Source: Phaeosaccion multiseriatum (Eukaryota > Protista > Ochrophyta, other classes). From it: DNA of 64,000 bases. A program made the translations under genes and the position numbers. The DNA lies in assembly GCA_965112735.1 (NCBI GenBank), contig OZ218963.1, positions 930,001 to 994,000 on the forward strand. Direction: 5' to 3'. Of this stretch, positions 12,423-25,139 are shown piece after piece (within the stretch, counting starts at the first letter, position 1; each line of letters opens with the position of its first letter). The notes under the pieces are model-generated. The model was not told the DNA's origin, made no database searches, and saw nothing but the letters and a program-made list of their open reading frames with translations.

Positions 12423-15400
12423 TGTATGTTGGGGTATCCCCTTTCTTGCCAACGCGCGCTCCCGCCTACTCTGCCCCTCCCCTCCTCGCTTTGGTTCAGG
12501 GGCACTGGCCAGCCGAAATGCACTGCTACGGCGATTGCATGATTGCGCAGCTGCTGACGCTGTGGCTGTGCGTGGCGGTGGCGGGCGTGGTCGTGCAGGG
12601 GCAGCTCAGCGGAGCCCTGTCCGTGTGGGGAGTCGTGACACGGTGCCAAGGCGGCTATCAGCAGGTATACGGGTGGGGGGCAGTCTGTTCTCGCACGTGT
12701 GTGTCTCCCCCTCCCCTCCCTCCTGTCCGTCTAGAGAAAGCCAAACACAAAGCGAAGGCACTCACTCACTCTTATTATCCCCCTGTCCATCTCTCGGCCG
12801 CGGCTGTCGGTGGCTCTGTCGGTGGCACGTACGCAAAGGTCCCCAGCGGACGAGACGCCCCTCCGGCCGCCTACAGGAGCGACGCCTTCCAGAGGACCTT
12901 CCACTACCCGGACAATCAGGTAGGGACATCTCTGCTTGAGGCTCACCTCGCCTAGGCCAAACAGCACAGCTTACATAGATAGATGCCTTACCCCCCCCCC
13001 CTCGCTTCTCTTGTCTTTTTGTTTGTTTGCAGGGCTTCAACTACTTCAACCCTGCCAAGCTGCCGCCGCTGCTGGACATGTACAGCGAGCTTGTGTACGC
13101 CACGTCCGAGACGCTTGCCAACTTCTTCGGTTTCCAGGTGCGTGCTTGAGGCTTAGCCGTCGTGCTTGACAAACAGAGCCGACGGGCAGCTGCTTGGCGC
13201 TGGGCGGAATATAACCACCGACCCTCTCAATTGGTGTGACGTTCGTTGCTCCTCACCACCCCCTTTCTGTTGTTGCTCTCTCTTGTTTCTCTTTGGCAGG
13301 ACGACAATGTGCGCAATCAGGCAGAGCACGTCATGGCCATGATCGCCAACCATCGCCGCTTCGCAGAGTCCTGGCCACTCGCAGAGTGAGTGTGGTGTTG
13401 GTGTTGACACAGGAGCAGAGCTGAGCTCGCTGGTATCTCCTGTCCTGACACTCCCCCTCCCCTCCCTTCCTTTGTTTGCTCCCTTCCTTCCCTTCCTTCC
13501 CTTCCTTCCTCCCCCCGCAGCTCCACGCCACCCCCGGCCACAGGTGTGCACTCTCTGCACGCCAAGCTCTTCGACAACTACATCAGTTGGTGCGACAACC
13601 TGCACGTCACACCGCAGTTCTACCCTGCGGCGGCCGACGACAGTGCCGACGCGAGGCCCCCCCCGGGTGGCAGTGGAGGCATACGGGTGTCGAGGCAGCA
13701 GGAGGGGCTCGAGGTGGACGCGCGCGTCGTGGACATTATGCTGCTCATGTGCATTTGGGGGGAGGGGGCCAACCTACGACACCTGCCCGGTGAGTCGTGA
13801 GGGAGGCTCTAGGCTCTTGCTTCCTCTTGGTGGTAGTGAGGGTAGTGAGGCTCTTGCTTCCTCTTGGTGGTAGTGAGGGTAGTGAGGCTCTTGCTTCCTC
13901 TTGGTGGTAGTGAGGGTAGTGAGGCTCTTGCTTCCTCTTGGTGGTAGTGAGGGTAGTGAGGCTCTTGCTTCCTCTTGGTGGTAGTGAGGGTAGTGAGGCT
14001 CTTGCTTCCTCTTGGTGGCGGTGTGCTGTGCTCTTGTTTCAGTAGTTCGGGCGAAGGGTCTGTTCTGTTTTGTCTTGTCGCTCAGCTCAGCTCAGCTCAA
14101 GCTCACGGTGGTGTCATCATCCGCGCACGTCCTCTGTCTCCTGTCTCCTCATCCTCTTGCTTGGCTCCTGTCTCCTGTCCTTCTCAGAGAGTCTGTGTTT
14201 CCTTTACCACAAGATGATGCAGGAGTACGTGGTGCACAGGGGCAGCAGTGCGGACCAGCACTCGCTCTACGCCGGCTACTTTCTGGACCACGTCATCACG
14301 CCCATCTGGCACGTCGTTGTGCGCAGTCACAAGGTAACGGTCACAGGGGAAGAGGAGAGGAGGGAAGCGCCGGATGGATCATAGAAGGAGGGAAGACCGA
14401 ATGGATGGATGGAAGCCTGCCCCTCGCCCGCTCTAAGCAACGTCGCCACCGTACCCCCATGCATCATGCTGTATATATATATATACCTCCCCCCCTTCAG
14501 GGCTCCAAGGGTGACCACATCAAGGCTCGTAACTACGATGACCTCAACGAGTTCTTCTGGAGCGCCTCTTGCCTTGCCTACAGTTACAGGGACGTGGCCA
14601 CCGAGGAGGAGGAGGAGGGGAAGGCAGTCGATGACACGGTACGACTTGCTTGACTTGGAAGACAACAAAATGCGAAAGAAACACACACATACACACACAT
14701 ACACACACACACTCACACACACATACACACTCACACACACACACACACACACGCGCGTGCTCCGTTCTGTCCCGCAGCTGCCCATCCCTGTGGCCAAGGC
14801 TTTGGAGCACGTACCCAAGACCTTCCTGGAGAAGAGGTCCATCCTTAGCACCCTGGTATGTACGATGAATATAGGAACGTTAGCCCCTGCACATGGAGAG
14901 GACGTACGTGTTCGCGTGGTTGGTCGGTGTTCGTTCACTGATTCCTTCCCACTGCTTTCTGCTGCCTTCCCCCCCCCCCCTGCCCGCCCCCAAAGCTGAC
15001 CTTCAACCGCATCTTCGAGTTCCACGCTTTGGCCATCTATGTGTGCGTCACCGTCTCCTTCGGTGAGTATCGAGACTCGAAAGGGAGTGCGGCATGTTAG
15101 AGGCATATAGAGAGAGGGTAGATAGAGGCATATGGGGTGTCGAGAGGATTGCTTGTGCTTGCTTGGCCAGGAAGAAGCAGAGAGGATTGCATTGCTGTTT
15201 TCCTTGGCAACTCCCCACTCACGTTTGTTTTGTTTGTTTTTCCTCTCGGCCTGGCCTGGTGGGGTTTCCGCAGGCGAGATGCTCGTGTGGGACAAGGCGT
15301 ATCTGGTGCAGATCACCAGCAGCGTGTTCCTGCTGTCCAACTCTCTGGGGTTGTTCTGGTGCTTGCTGGAGGTTTGGCAGGTACGTCGTATCGTCTGTGC

Positions 15401-17142
15401 GGCGCAGCTGACACAGCTGCAGAGCACAGCCCAAGGGCAGCGCCCCCGGGGGGTGTGGGGGGTGTGGGGGGGTGCTCCCATGCCGCTCGCGCTCCTCTCA
15501 TCATAATACCTCGTACCTCCCTACCTATGCTGTACCACGTACCAACCTCCCTACGGATGCTCTCCACAGGCGTTCCCTGGTATCAACATCACGGGCACGG
15601 CCCGCTGCGGCTTCCTGGTGCGTCTTTGCACGCGCTTCCTTCTGCTCGTGTACCAAACGCTCTACTTCATGTGGTCACTGGACAGGGCCGGCAAGAAGCA
15701 CGGCATGCAGGTGCGTGCGTGGGGTGTCGCTGTGGGGTGTCGTGTCGGTGGTGCTATCGCATCGCTCCTCGTCTTCTTTTTCCCCCCCTGAGCACCCTCT
15801 GACTGATGCTCGTGCTCGAACACGTCCACGCCACTCTCTCGTTTCTCTCGTTGTGTGTGTCTCTCTCTCGTTTCTCTCGTTGTGTGTGTGTGTGTGTCTC
15901 CCTCTCTCTTCTCTCGCTTCCTCTCTTCTCCCACAGGCCCAGGGGTCTCCCCAGTTCTGGTGGTGGCAGTACCTCTGGGTGTCGCTGGTGTCTCTGTCCG
16001 TGTACATGGTAGAGGCCGTGCTGCAGCTGCTGCCCCCGGTCATGAGCTTCTTCTACACAAGGGACAACGACTTCTTCAACGCCTTCATGAACATTTGCTA
16101 CCCCCTCAGGTTGGTCGAACTTGCTCCCCTCTCTCTGCTGCCGCCCGCCCCCCCCCCCCTCATCACGTTTCTGTTCGTGCGCCCCTCTCTTGTTGACATC
16201 TTTCCACCCTCTCCCCCTCTCCCTCTCTTTCGCCCCCTCCCCTCCCCTCCACAGCCGTCTGTACGTTGGCAAGAAGGTGCACGTACCTGTGAAAGAGGCC
16301 CTTGGCTACAGCTTGTTTTGGGCGTCGCTGCTCATGTGGAAGCTGTACTTCTCGTACCAATACGAGATCAAGGTAAAAGCTCCAGAGGGAGAGAGTGAGT
16401 CACGGTCTCACTTCTCGTTTCAGTTGACTGTCCCCTAAGAGCAACATCTACCGGGCCGGCACAGCACGCCAAAGAGAAGAATGGACTGCCCTAACGAAAC
16501 GTATGTGTGTATGTGTCTTTGCTGTTTGTTTTTGCTCCGTCTCCTTCCCCTCCGCAGATCCTGGTGCTGCCCTCACTGGAGCTGTTCGACGACTTCATCA
16601 ACTACCCCGATCAGTCCCTCGTCAAGACGGCCCTTCTCATCATCCTGCGCTTCGTGCCTCAGGTCGGTCAAGCACCCCTCCCTCACCCCCTCACCCCCTC
16701 CCCCCCTCACCCCCTCACCCACTTGCCCGGGGGGTACCTCTTGGTGCAGTGTGTACCCCTCTGACCTCTTTCAGCTGAAGGAATCGAATTTGACACCTCC
16801 CTCCTCCCTCCTCCCGCCTCCCCCCTCTTTCAGCTGATGATCTTCCTCATCGACACGTCAATCTGGTACGCTGCATGGAGCTCTGTGGCGGGGTCTCTCG
16901 TGGGCTTCCAGGTACTTCTGAGTGAATGAGTGAATGAATGAATGTGTGAATAACTGAATGGGAAGCGATCACTCCCACACCACCTGCCTGCCCATATGCC
17001 TGCCCATATGCCTGCCCATATGCCTGCCCATATGCCTGCCTACCTGCCTGCCCATATGCCTGCCTGCCCATATGCCTGCCTGCCCATATGCCTGCCTGCC
17101 TGCCTGCCTGCCCATATGCCTGCCTGCCTGCCTGCCCATATG

Positions 17143-17181
<39 letters not shown>

Positions 17182-20100
17182 ACCTACCTACCTAAGCCAC
17201 ACCCCGTTCCTGCCCGCGCGTCCTGCTCTCTCTGGGGGCTCTCGTCCTCTCTCTCATCGTCCTTACTCCGCCTACTTGTCAAAGCTGCGTCTGGGCGAAG
17301 TGCGTGACTTCCCCACCATCCGCCAGTACTTCATGCGGCTGCCCGAGGAGTTCTGTAGCAAAGTCATTTGCCCCGGCGTCAGCAGCCGAGACCCGTCGTT
17401 TGTGGACGCCCAAGCGGCTGTGGCGGCGGCGGCAGGCGCCTCTGGCGATCCCTCCGAGAGGTCTGCGCTGCTTGCAGGTACACAGAGGAGAGGGAGAGAG
17501 AGATAGAGAGACGGGCATGCAGACAGAAAGACAGACAGACAGACAGACAGAGAGAAGGTATCCTGCCGGGGGGGGGGGGGGGCGGGAGGGGCTCAGCTGC
17601 CTCTTACACCTGAAACACACACACGCTCGCTCATTCACTCACTCACGCACTCACGCACCGACGTACCGACTCTCTCTCTCTAGGAGGGCAAGGCCCCAAC
17701 ATGCGCAGCGCAAGGGGGTACGTGGCGGAGTTCCTCGACGTGCGTACGCAAAAGTGGGCAGCCTTCGCGGCGGTGTGGAACGAGATCATCAACCAGGTAA
17801 GTCAGCTGCTGCAGTGTCTGTCTTCTCCCCCTGTCAACTGTGATCCCTTCCCTCCCCTTCCGCCGACGAACCAACTGCTTGACTGCTTGACTGCTTGACT
17901 GCTTGACTGCTTGACTGCTTGACTGCTTGACTGCTTCCCTTCCATTGCTTGACTGCTTGACTGCTTGACTGCTTGACTGCTTCCCTTCCTTTGCTTGACT
18001 GCTTGACTGCTTGACTGCTTGACTGCTTCCCTTCCTTTGCTTGACTGCTTGACTGCTTGACTGCTTGACTGCTTCCCTTCCATTGCTTTGCTTGGCCAGA
18101 TGAGGCACAGCGACATCCTGTCCAACAGCGAGCGGGACATGCTCAAGTTCCACTCCTTCCGAGGCTTCAGCAAGCCCGTGTACCTGCCCATCTTCCAGAC
18201 GGCAGGTGCGGCGCGGTGCAGTGATGGCAGGAGGGCCAAGAGGGTGATGAAGATGAAGTTGTGGTTGTGTTGTGTTGTGTTGTGTGATGCCTTCCATGCA
18301 TGTGCAGGACACTCCGGGAGCGCCGTTGCCGTCTTGTTTACACTCACCCATCCACCCTGCACGCGATAGGATACATCCGCTCACTCACTCACTCACTCAC
18401 TCATTCATTCCGTCATTCTTCATTCCGTCATACGTTCCGTCTTTCGTCCATGCGCACGTGCAGGGAGCGTGGAGAAGGCGCAGTCCATCATTGCGTCGTC
18501 TGCCGATGCCTTCATGCTGGAGGAGGACAGGGAGAAGGCGTCGCGCATTGAGAGCACCATGCGCAGCCGCCTCGAGGAGGATGTGACGGTTTCAGAAGCC
18601 ATTCAGGAGGTGTGGGAGTTGGGCATGTGGCTCTTGCGTCAACTGCTCGGCCCCATTCACGACACTGACTTGTCGCGCTTCAGCGCAATTATGGGGGGCT
18701 ACATTGGTCAGGGAGGCGAGGCCCTCACACACCTCAATCTCAACAAGGTAAGTGAGTGGAGGGGGGGGGGGGGGAGGGGGGGGATCGAGAGAGGGCCGGG
18801 GGTGGGTGAGTGAGTGTGTGGGTGGGCGGCTCCCACCCAGTACCCCAACGTCTGTCTGTCTCGGCTGTTGTTGTGCTGTATGTATTCCGTGGTGTATGAT
18901 GTGATGTGTTGCGCAGTTCAACTTGGTGGTGTCGGACGTGTCCGCTATGGTGGCAATCCTCAACGTGGGGTTGGGCAAGAGGAGCCACACCAAGGCCAAG
19001 ACAGGCACAGGCGGGGAGAGGACGGCCGCCAACGGAGCCACGTAAGTCCAACCAGCACCAGCAGCAGTTGGTGATACAGCAGCACCAGCAGCACGCTCTC
19101 CTTCTCCCTCCTTGTTTGTTTCCCTCTCTGCTCTCTTGCAAGTGAAGGCCGTGGTCAACCAGTCTCACACCCCCCCCCCCCCCTCCGTCCTCCTCACACT
19201 CTTGCAGCAAGAGCGCTGGCAGCAGCAGCTCAAACTCCATGAAGAAGAGCCTCAGCACCTCCGGCCTCGCGGTGAGGAAATGTGCCCTCTCTCTCCTCTT
19301 GTGTCTCCCTCTCTCCCTTTTTTGTGGGGCTTTTCTTTGACCCTTGTCCCAAAAACTTGACACTTTTTTCCCAACACTTTTGTTTGTAATCCTTCTAAGT
19401 CCTTCTGTCCCGCCCGCTTGACCTGCCCGCTCTTTACTGCGCTCCTCAGGAACTGGGGATCCAGTCAATGGGGTCAGCGGCAGCAAATAGCGCGGGGGGG
19501 GCGAACGCCAACGCCAATGCCAATACCATCAACGGAGGCACCCGACGATCCATGCTGCAGCCGCGGCGCAACGCCTCCAAGGACACGGTGGACAGGTGTA
19601 GGGATGATGTGAGGGAGAAGCTGCGGCCCCTCATGAACAATGTCAAGGGGATGGTCAAGGTCCTCGACGACCGCGGCAGGGAGGTCATGGACAGGCTCAC
19701 CTTCATCTCCAGTCTGGAGCAGGTCAGTCCAGGAGGGAGAGAAGGGCAGGCAGACAGGCAGGCAGACAGGCAGGCAGACAGGCAGACAGGCAGACAGACA
19801 GGCAGGCAGGCTAGGAAGGCAAGAAGGGCTGGGAAGGCCGTTGTCGGGGGCTTTTGGGGCATCATGTTTGTTTTCTCCTCTCTCTCCCCCCGGGGCTCCT
19901 CTTCTTAAGTCTCTTGGACACTCTCCTCGTCTTCCTTCCTTCCTTCCTTCCTTCCTCCCCCCCCCCCTCCTGAAGGGCTTCATGTGGGACGATCAGTACG
20001 CGAGCAACAGACTCGACAGCATGGCAAAGGACCCCAAGGTGAGTGAGTTATGTTATGTTATATTATGTTATGTTATGTTATATGTGAGTTAGCTGCACAA

Positions 20101-20822
20101 GGCTTTGACGCAATCAGTCAGTAGAGTAAGAGGAGAGGAGAGGCCCTAGGGAGAGGCATAGCACATACATGAACAACCCCGTCTGACTGACTGACTGACC
20201 AGTCGTGTCGTATCGTGGCACATTTTGCCTGTGTCTGTGCCTGTGTCTGTGCCTGTGTGTGTGCCTGTGTGTGGGAACGAACGGACAGGTGCTATCTATC
20301 CTGGGCAAGCTCTACGGGCTTCTGTGCGTGCAGCTCAACGACGCTGAGCCGTCCAGTCCTGAGGCGAGGCGGGTAAGACCGCAGTGGAAGAAGAAGAAGA
20401 AGAAGAAGAAGAAGAAGAAGAAGAAGAAGAAGAAGAGGAAGAGGAGGAGCTAGGTGGCAAAGGCAGTCTGCCTTCCCGTGCAGCTGCTACGCCTGCTGCG
20501 GATACCTACTCATCACACTCTTTCTTCCTGCCTCTCTCTCTCTCTCTCCCTCTCTCCTCCAGCGCCTGGCCTTCTTCGTGAATTCGCTCTTCATGGACAT
20601 GCCTCGCGCACCCCCCCTCGGAGAGATGATGTCGTGGACGGTCATGACGCCCTTTTACAGGTAGAGGACAGAGCAGGCCAGGGCAGATGTACTCCCTACT
20701 CCTGTCTCCTCTCCCTCCCCCCTCAGTCTCCAGAGTCCGATGCTCATATATGTTTCGTGCGTGTAATCTCCATCTCTCTGTCTGACTGTCTGTCTGTCTG
20801 TCTGTCTGTGTATCTGTATATC

Positions 20823-20856
<34 letters not shown>

Positions 20857-22079
20857 GCGGCCCCCCGCCCTTCAGTGAGGACGTGCTCCTGAGCCGAGCG
20901 GACCTGGAGAGGCGTAACGAGGACGGCCTGACCACGCTCCTGTACCAGCAAGCCCTGCACAAGAACGAGTGGCGCAACTTCGTAGAGAGGCACGGGCTGC
21001 AGGACGAACAGCTCATTTGGTCCAAGGTGGGTGATGGGTGTCAGGACAGTGGGTGGGTGATGGGTGTCAGGACAGTGGGTGGGTGATGGATGTCAGGACA
21101 GTGGGTGGGTGGTGTCAGGACAGTGGGTGGGTGGTGTCAGGACAGTGGGTGGGTGGTGTCAGGACAGTGGGTGGGTGGGGGGGCTTGGGAAGCAGTTTTA
21201 TACGTACAGTTTGGCTTTGCGTGTCCATCCTGCCCCCTCTCCAGAAAAGATAAGAGCTAATGAAGTCAGCTAATGAAGCCCGCTGTCCCCTCTTTGTTTT
21301 GTGTCCCCACTGCCCCCCCCCCCCCTCCCTTCGCTTGTAGGACCTTGCTGAGGAGACCCGGCGGTGGGCCTCGCTGAGAGCGCAGACGCTGTCTCGCACC
21401 GTGGAGGGCATGATGTACTACGAGGCCGCGCTGAGGCTGCTGGCGCACCTGGAGAAGATCAAGCACGATCAGGTGGAAGACCTCGTCAAGCAGAAGTTCC
21501 AGTACGTCGTGGCGTGCCAGGTGAGAAGGAGAGAGGCAAGGCCGGGGAGGGGGGGGGGGGGCGGGGGAGAACACCAGTACACTGGGGGCGTGGGTGGGGT
21601 ATACTCACTCACTCACTCACTCACTCACTCACTCACTTACTCACTCACTCACTGACTGACTCACTGACATGCTCACTCACCTACTTTGAAACGCCTTCTG
21701 TCTACAATGGTGATGTGTTATGTGTATGACACATGACACAGGTGTACGGCCGCATGAAGAAGAATGGCGACTCCAAAGCCAACGACATCGACGGACTCCT
21801 TGTGCGCTTCCCCAACCTTCGCGTGGCGTACATCGACGAGGTATGTCCTTCTCAAGCCCGTTTTGTGTTTTTGTGTTCATTTACATTGGGGTGTGGCCCT
21901 CCTTCCTTTCCTTCCCCCTTTCGTCCCTCCCGTCTTTTCCCCATCTGGCGACTCATGCCGCCCCCACCCTGGACTTTTGTGTGTGTTTCTGTTTTCTTAG
22001 GTGCGGCAGACACGCGAAGGGCAGACCGAGTTCTTCTCCGTGCTCATCAAGGCCAACCAAGACACCCGCGAGATCGAGG

Positions 22080-22122
<43 letters not shown>

Positions 22123-25057
22123 GGTGTGTGGGTGTTTGTATGGGTGGGTGGGTGGGGCACAATGAAAGACAAGTTTTGGAAGAGGATGTAGCACCTACCT
22201 CAGGCTCAGGAAGGCCCCTACTCCCGCTCTGCTCTCTCTGCTCGTGCTCTCTCTCTCTCTCTTCACAGGTGTACCGCGTCAAGCTGCCCGGCAACCCTGT
22301 CGTGGGAGAGGGAAAGCCCGAGAATCAGAACCACGGTACGTACGTTGTGCTCTGCTCTGCTCTGCTCTGAGTCTGGAATGCCGCTGCTCTCTGCCTCACA
22401 CTGTCTCGTACTCGTTCAAATCACCCCCCCTCCCCTCCCCTCCCCCGCAGCTCTCATCTTCAGCCGCGGGGAGCACGTGCAGGCCATAGACATGAATCAG
22501 GTGAGCGCAGCAGTTGGTGGTGAGCGCAGCAGTTGGTGATATAGTAAGCGTTACCGAACTGACTCAGAAAGGCGCGCTCTCTCTGTATCTCTCTTTCCCC
22601 TCTCTCCCTCTCCCCCCCTCTCACTCTCTCCCTCCCCCTCTCCCTACCCCTCTCCCCCTCTCCCTACCCCTCTCCCCCTCTCCCCCCCTCCCTCTCTCCC
22701 TTCCCCCTCTCCCCCCCTCTCCTCCCTCCCCCTCTCCCCCCCTCTCCTCCCTCCCCCTCTCCCCCCCTCTCCCTCTCTTCCTCCCCCCTCTCCCCCCTCT
22801 CCCTCTCTTCCTCCCCCTTTCCCCCCCTCTCCCTCTCTCCCCCTCTCCCCCCCTCTCCCTCTCTCCCTCCCCCTCTCCCCCCCTCTCTCTCCCTCCCTCC
22901 CCCCTCTCCCCCCCTCTCCCTCTCTCTCCCCCTCTCCCCCCCCTCCCCCCTCCCCCTCCCCCCCTCCCCCTCCCCCTCTCCCCCTCTCCCTCCCCCTCTC
23001 CCTCTCCCCCCCTCTCTCCCTTCCCCCTCTCCCCCCCTCTCCTCCCTCCCCCTCTCCCCCCCTCTCCCTCTCTTCCTCCCCCCTCTCCCCCCTCTCCCCC
23101 CTCTCCCTCTCTTCCTCCCCCTTTCCCCCCCTCTCCCTCTCTCTCTCCCCCTCTCCCCCCCTCTCCCTCTCTCCCTCCCTCCCCCCTCTCCCCCCCTCCC
23201 CCCCTCCCCCTCCCCCTCTCCCCCTCTCCCTCCCCCTCTCCCTCTCCCCCCCTCTCTCCCTTCCCCCTCTCCCCCCCTCTCCTCCCTCCCCCTCTCCCCC
23301 CCTCTCCCTCTCTTCCTCCCCCCTCTCCCCCCTCTCCCTCTCTTCCTCCCCCCTCTCCCCCCTCTCCCTCTCTTCCTCCCCCTTTCCCCCCCTCTCCCTC
23401 TCTCTCTCCCCCTCTCCCCCCCTCTCCCTCTCTCCCTCCCTCCCCCCTCTCCCCCCCTCTCCCTCTCCCTCCCCCCTCTCCCCCCCTCCCCCCCTCCCTC
23501 CCCCTCTCCCCCGCTCCCTCCCCCTCTCCCTCTCTTCCTCCCCCCTCTCCCCCCCCCCCTCTCCCTCTCTCCCTCCCCCTCTCCCTCTCTCCCTCCCCCC
23601 TCTCCGCCCCTCTCCCTCTCTTTCTCCCCCCCTCCCCCTCTCTCCCTCCCTCTCTTCCTCCCCCCTCTCCCCCCCTCTCCCTCTCTCCCTCCCCCATCTC
23701 CCCCCCTCTCCCTCTGAGCAGGACGGCTACTTCGAGGAGGCGCTGAAGATGAGGAACTTGCTGCAGGAGTTCCGCATCGCGCCCAAGAGCCCCCCCGTCA
23801 CCATCGTGGGTTTCCGAGAGCACATCTTCACCGGGGCAGTGAGCTCCCTCGCCAACTACATGGCTCTCCAGGCAAGCAAGCAATGGAAGGGAGCAAGTGC
23901 GCGCGTGAATGTGTCCCCTGTGGGAAGTCGGCGTGTGTTCCGTAACACGCCGTCTCGACCTTCTCATTTTCAAAAACCTTTCTCTTCTCCCTGTTGGTGG
24001 CACCGTCTGCCCCGTCCTCTCCCACCTCCCCCCGCAGGAGCTGTCCTTTGTGACTCTTGGCCAGCGCGTGCTCTCCAGGCCTCTCAGGGTGCGAATGCAC
24101 TACGGCCACCCCGACTTGTTCGACAAGGTACGATCGATCGTACTGGATGGTGCTGGATGGTACTGGATGGCACTGGATGGCATTGGATGGGTTGAAAGGT
24201 GTCAGATGGGACGAGCTTGGTGGGTCGGGGCGGACGCAGCTGGGAGCACTTGAAGTGACGTCAGCTGATGAAACACGTGTGTTATGGGTGCACCTGCCGC
24301 CCGCTGAGTCTCATACCCATACACCTCCAGGTGTTCTTCATGACCCGAGGGGGCATGTCGAAGGCTTCTAAGGGCATTAACTTGTCGGAGGACATCTTTG
24401 CGGGCTACAACAACTGCATCCGAGGGGGGCAGGTGGACATGAAGGAGTACACTCAGGTACAGTTTCAGTTTTCAATTTCAGTGGTTGACCTCGACGGTAT
24501 TGAGGCGTTCGCAGAGCTCTCACAAACGCTCCAACACGTTCGTGGGGCTTAGTGTCCCCTCCTCTCGCGCTTGCATGCACATGGTGATGGTCATGGTATA
24601 TACTCCTCCGCACATTAGAAGGCCACACTCCTAGCTAGCGCACACTCATACTTTGTTGTCTGCAATTTGCTTTTATTTCCTCGTCTCCTCTACACACAAG
24701 GTGGGCAAGGGTCGCGACGTGGGCATGCAGCAGATCTACAAGTTCGAGGCCAAGCTGTCGCAGGGGGCCGCGGAGCAGAGCCTCAGCAGAGACGTGAACC
24801 GCATCGGTAGCAGGCTTGACTTCTTCCGCCTCATGAGCTTCTACTTTGGCGGGCTGGGCTACTACCTGGGCAACTTCCTGACCGTCATCACCATCACTTT
24901 TGTGGTGTACTTTATGCTTGGCCTGGCCGTGTTTCAGTGCGAGAAGATTGGCCAGCGCAAGATCACTCCGGAGGGCAATTTGCAGGCACGTCACGGCAGG
25001 CACCCGTGCGCTTAGGGGGGGAGGGGGTGGCGTTTGCTGAAGGGACGCTGACGATTC

Positions 25058-25139
<82 letters not shown>

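Noticed and set aside
22514-24003. 410-aa Pro-rich and 460-aa Gly/Glu/Arg-rich ORFs (extensin-like)
   Set aside because: Translations of the intronic C/T tract; the flanking exons join as IDMNQ|DGYFEE.
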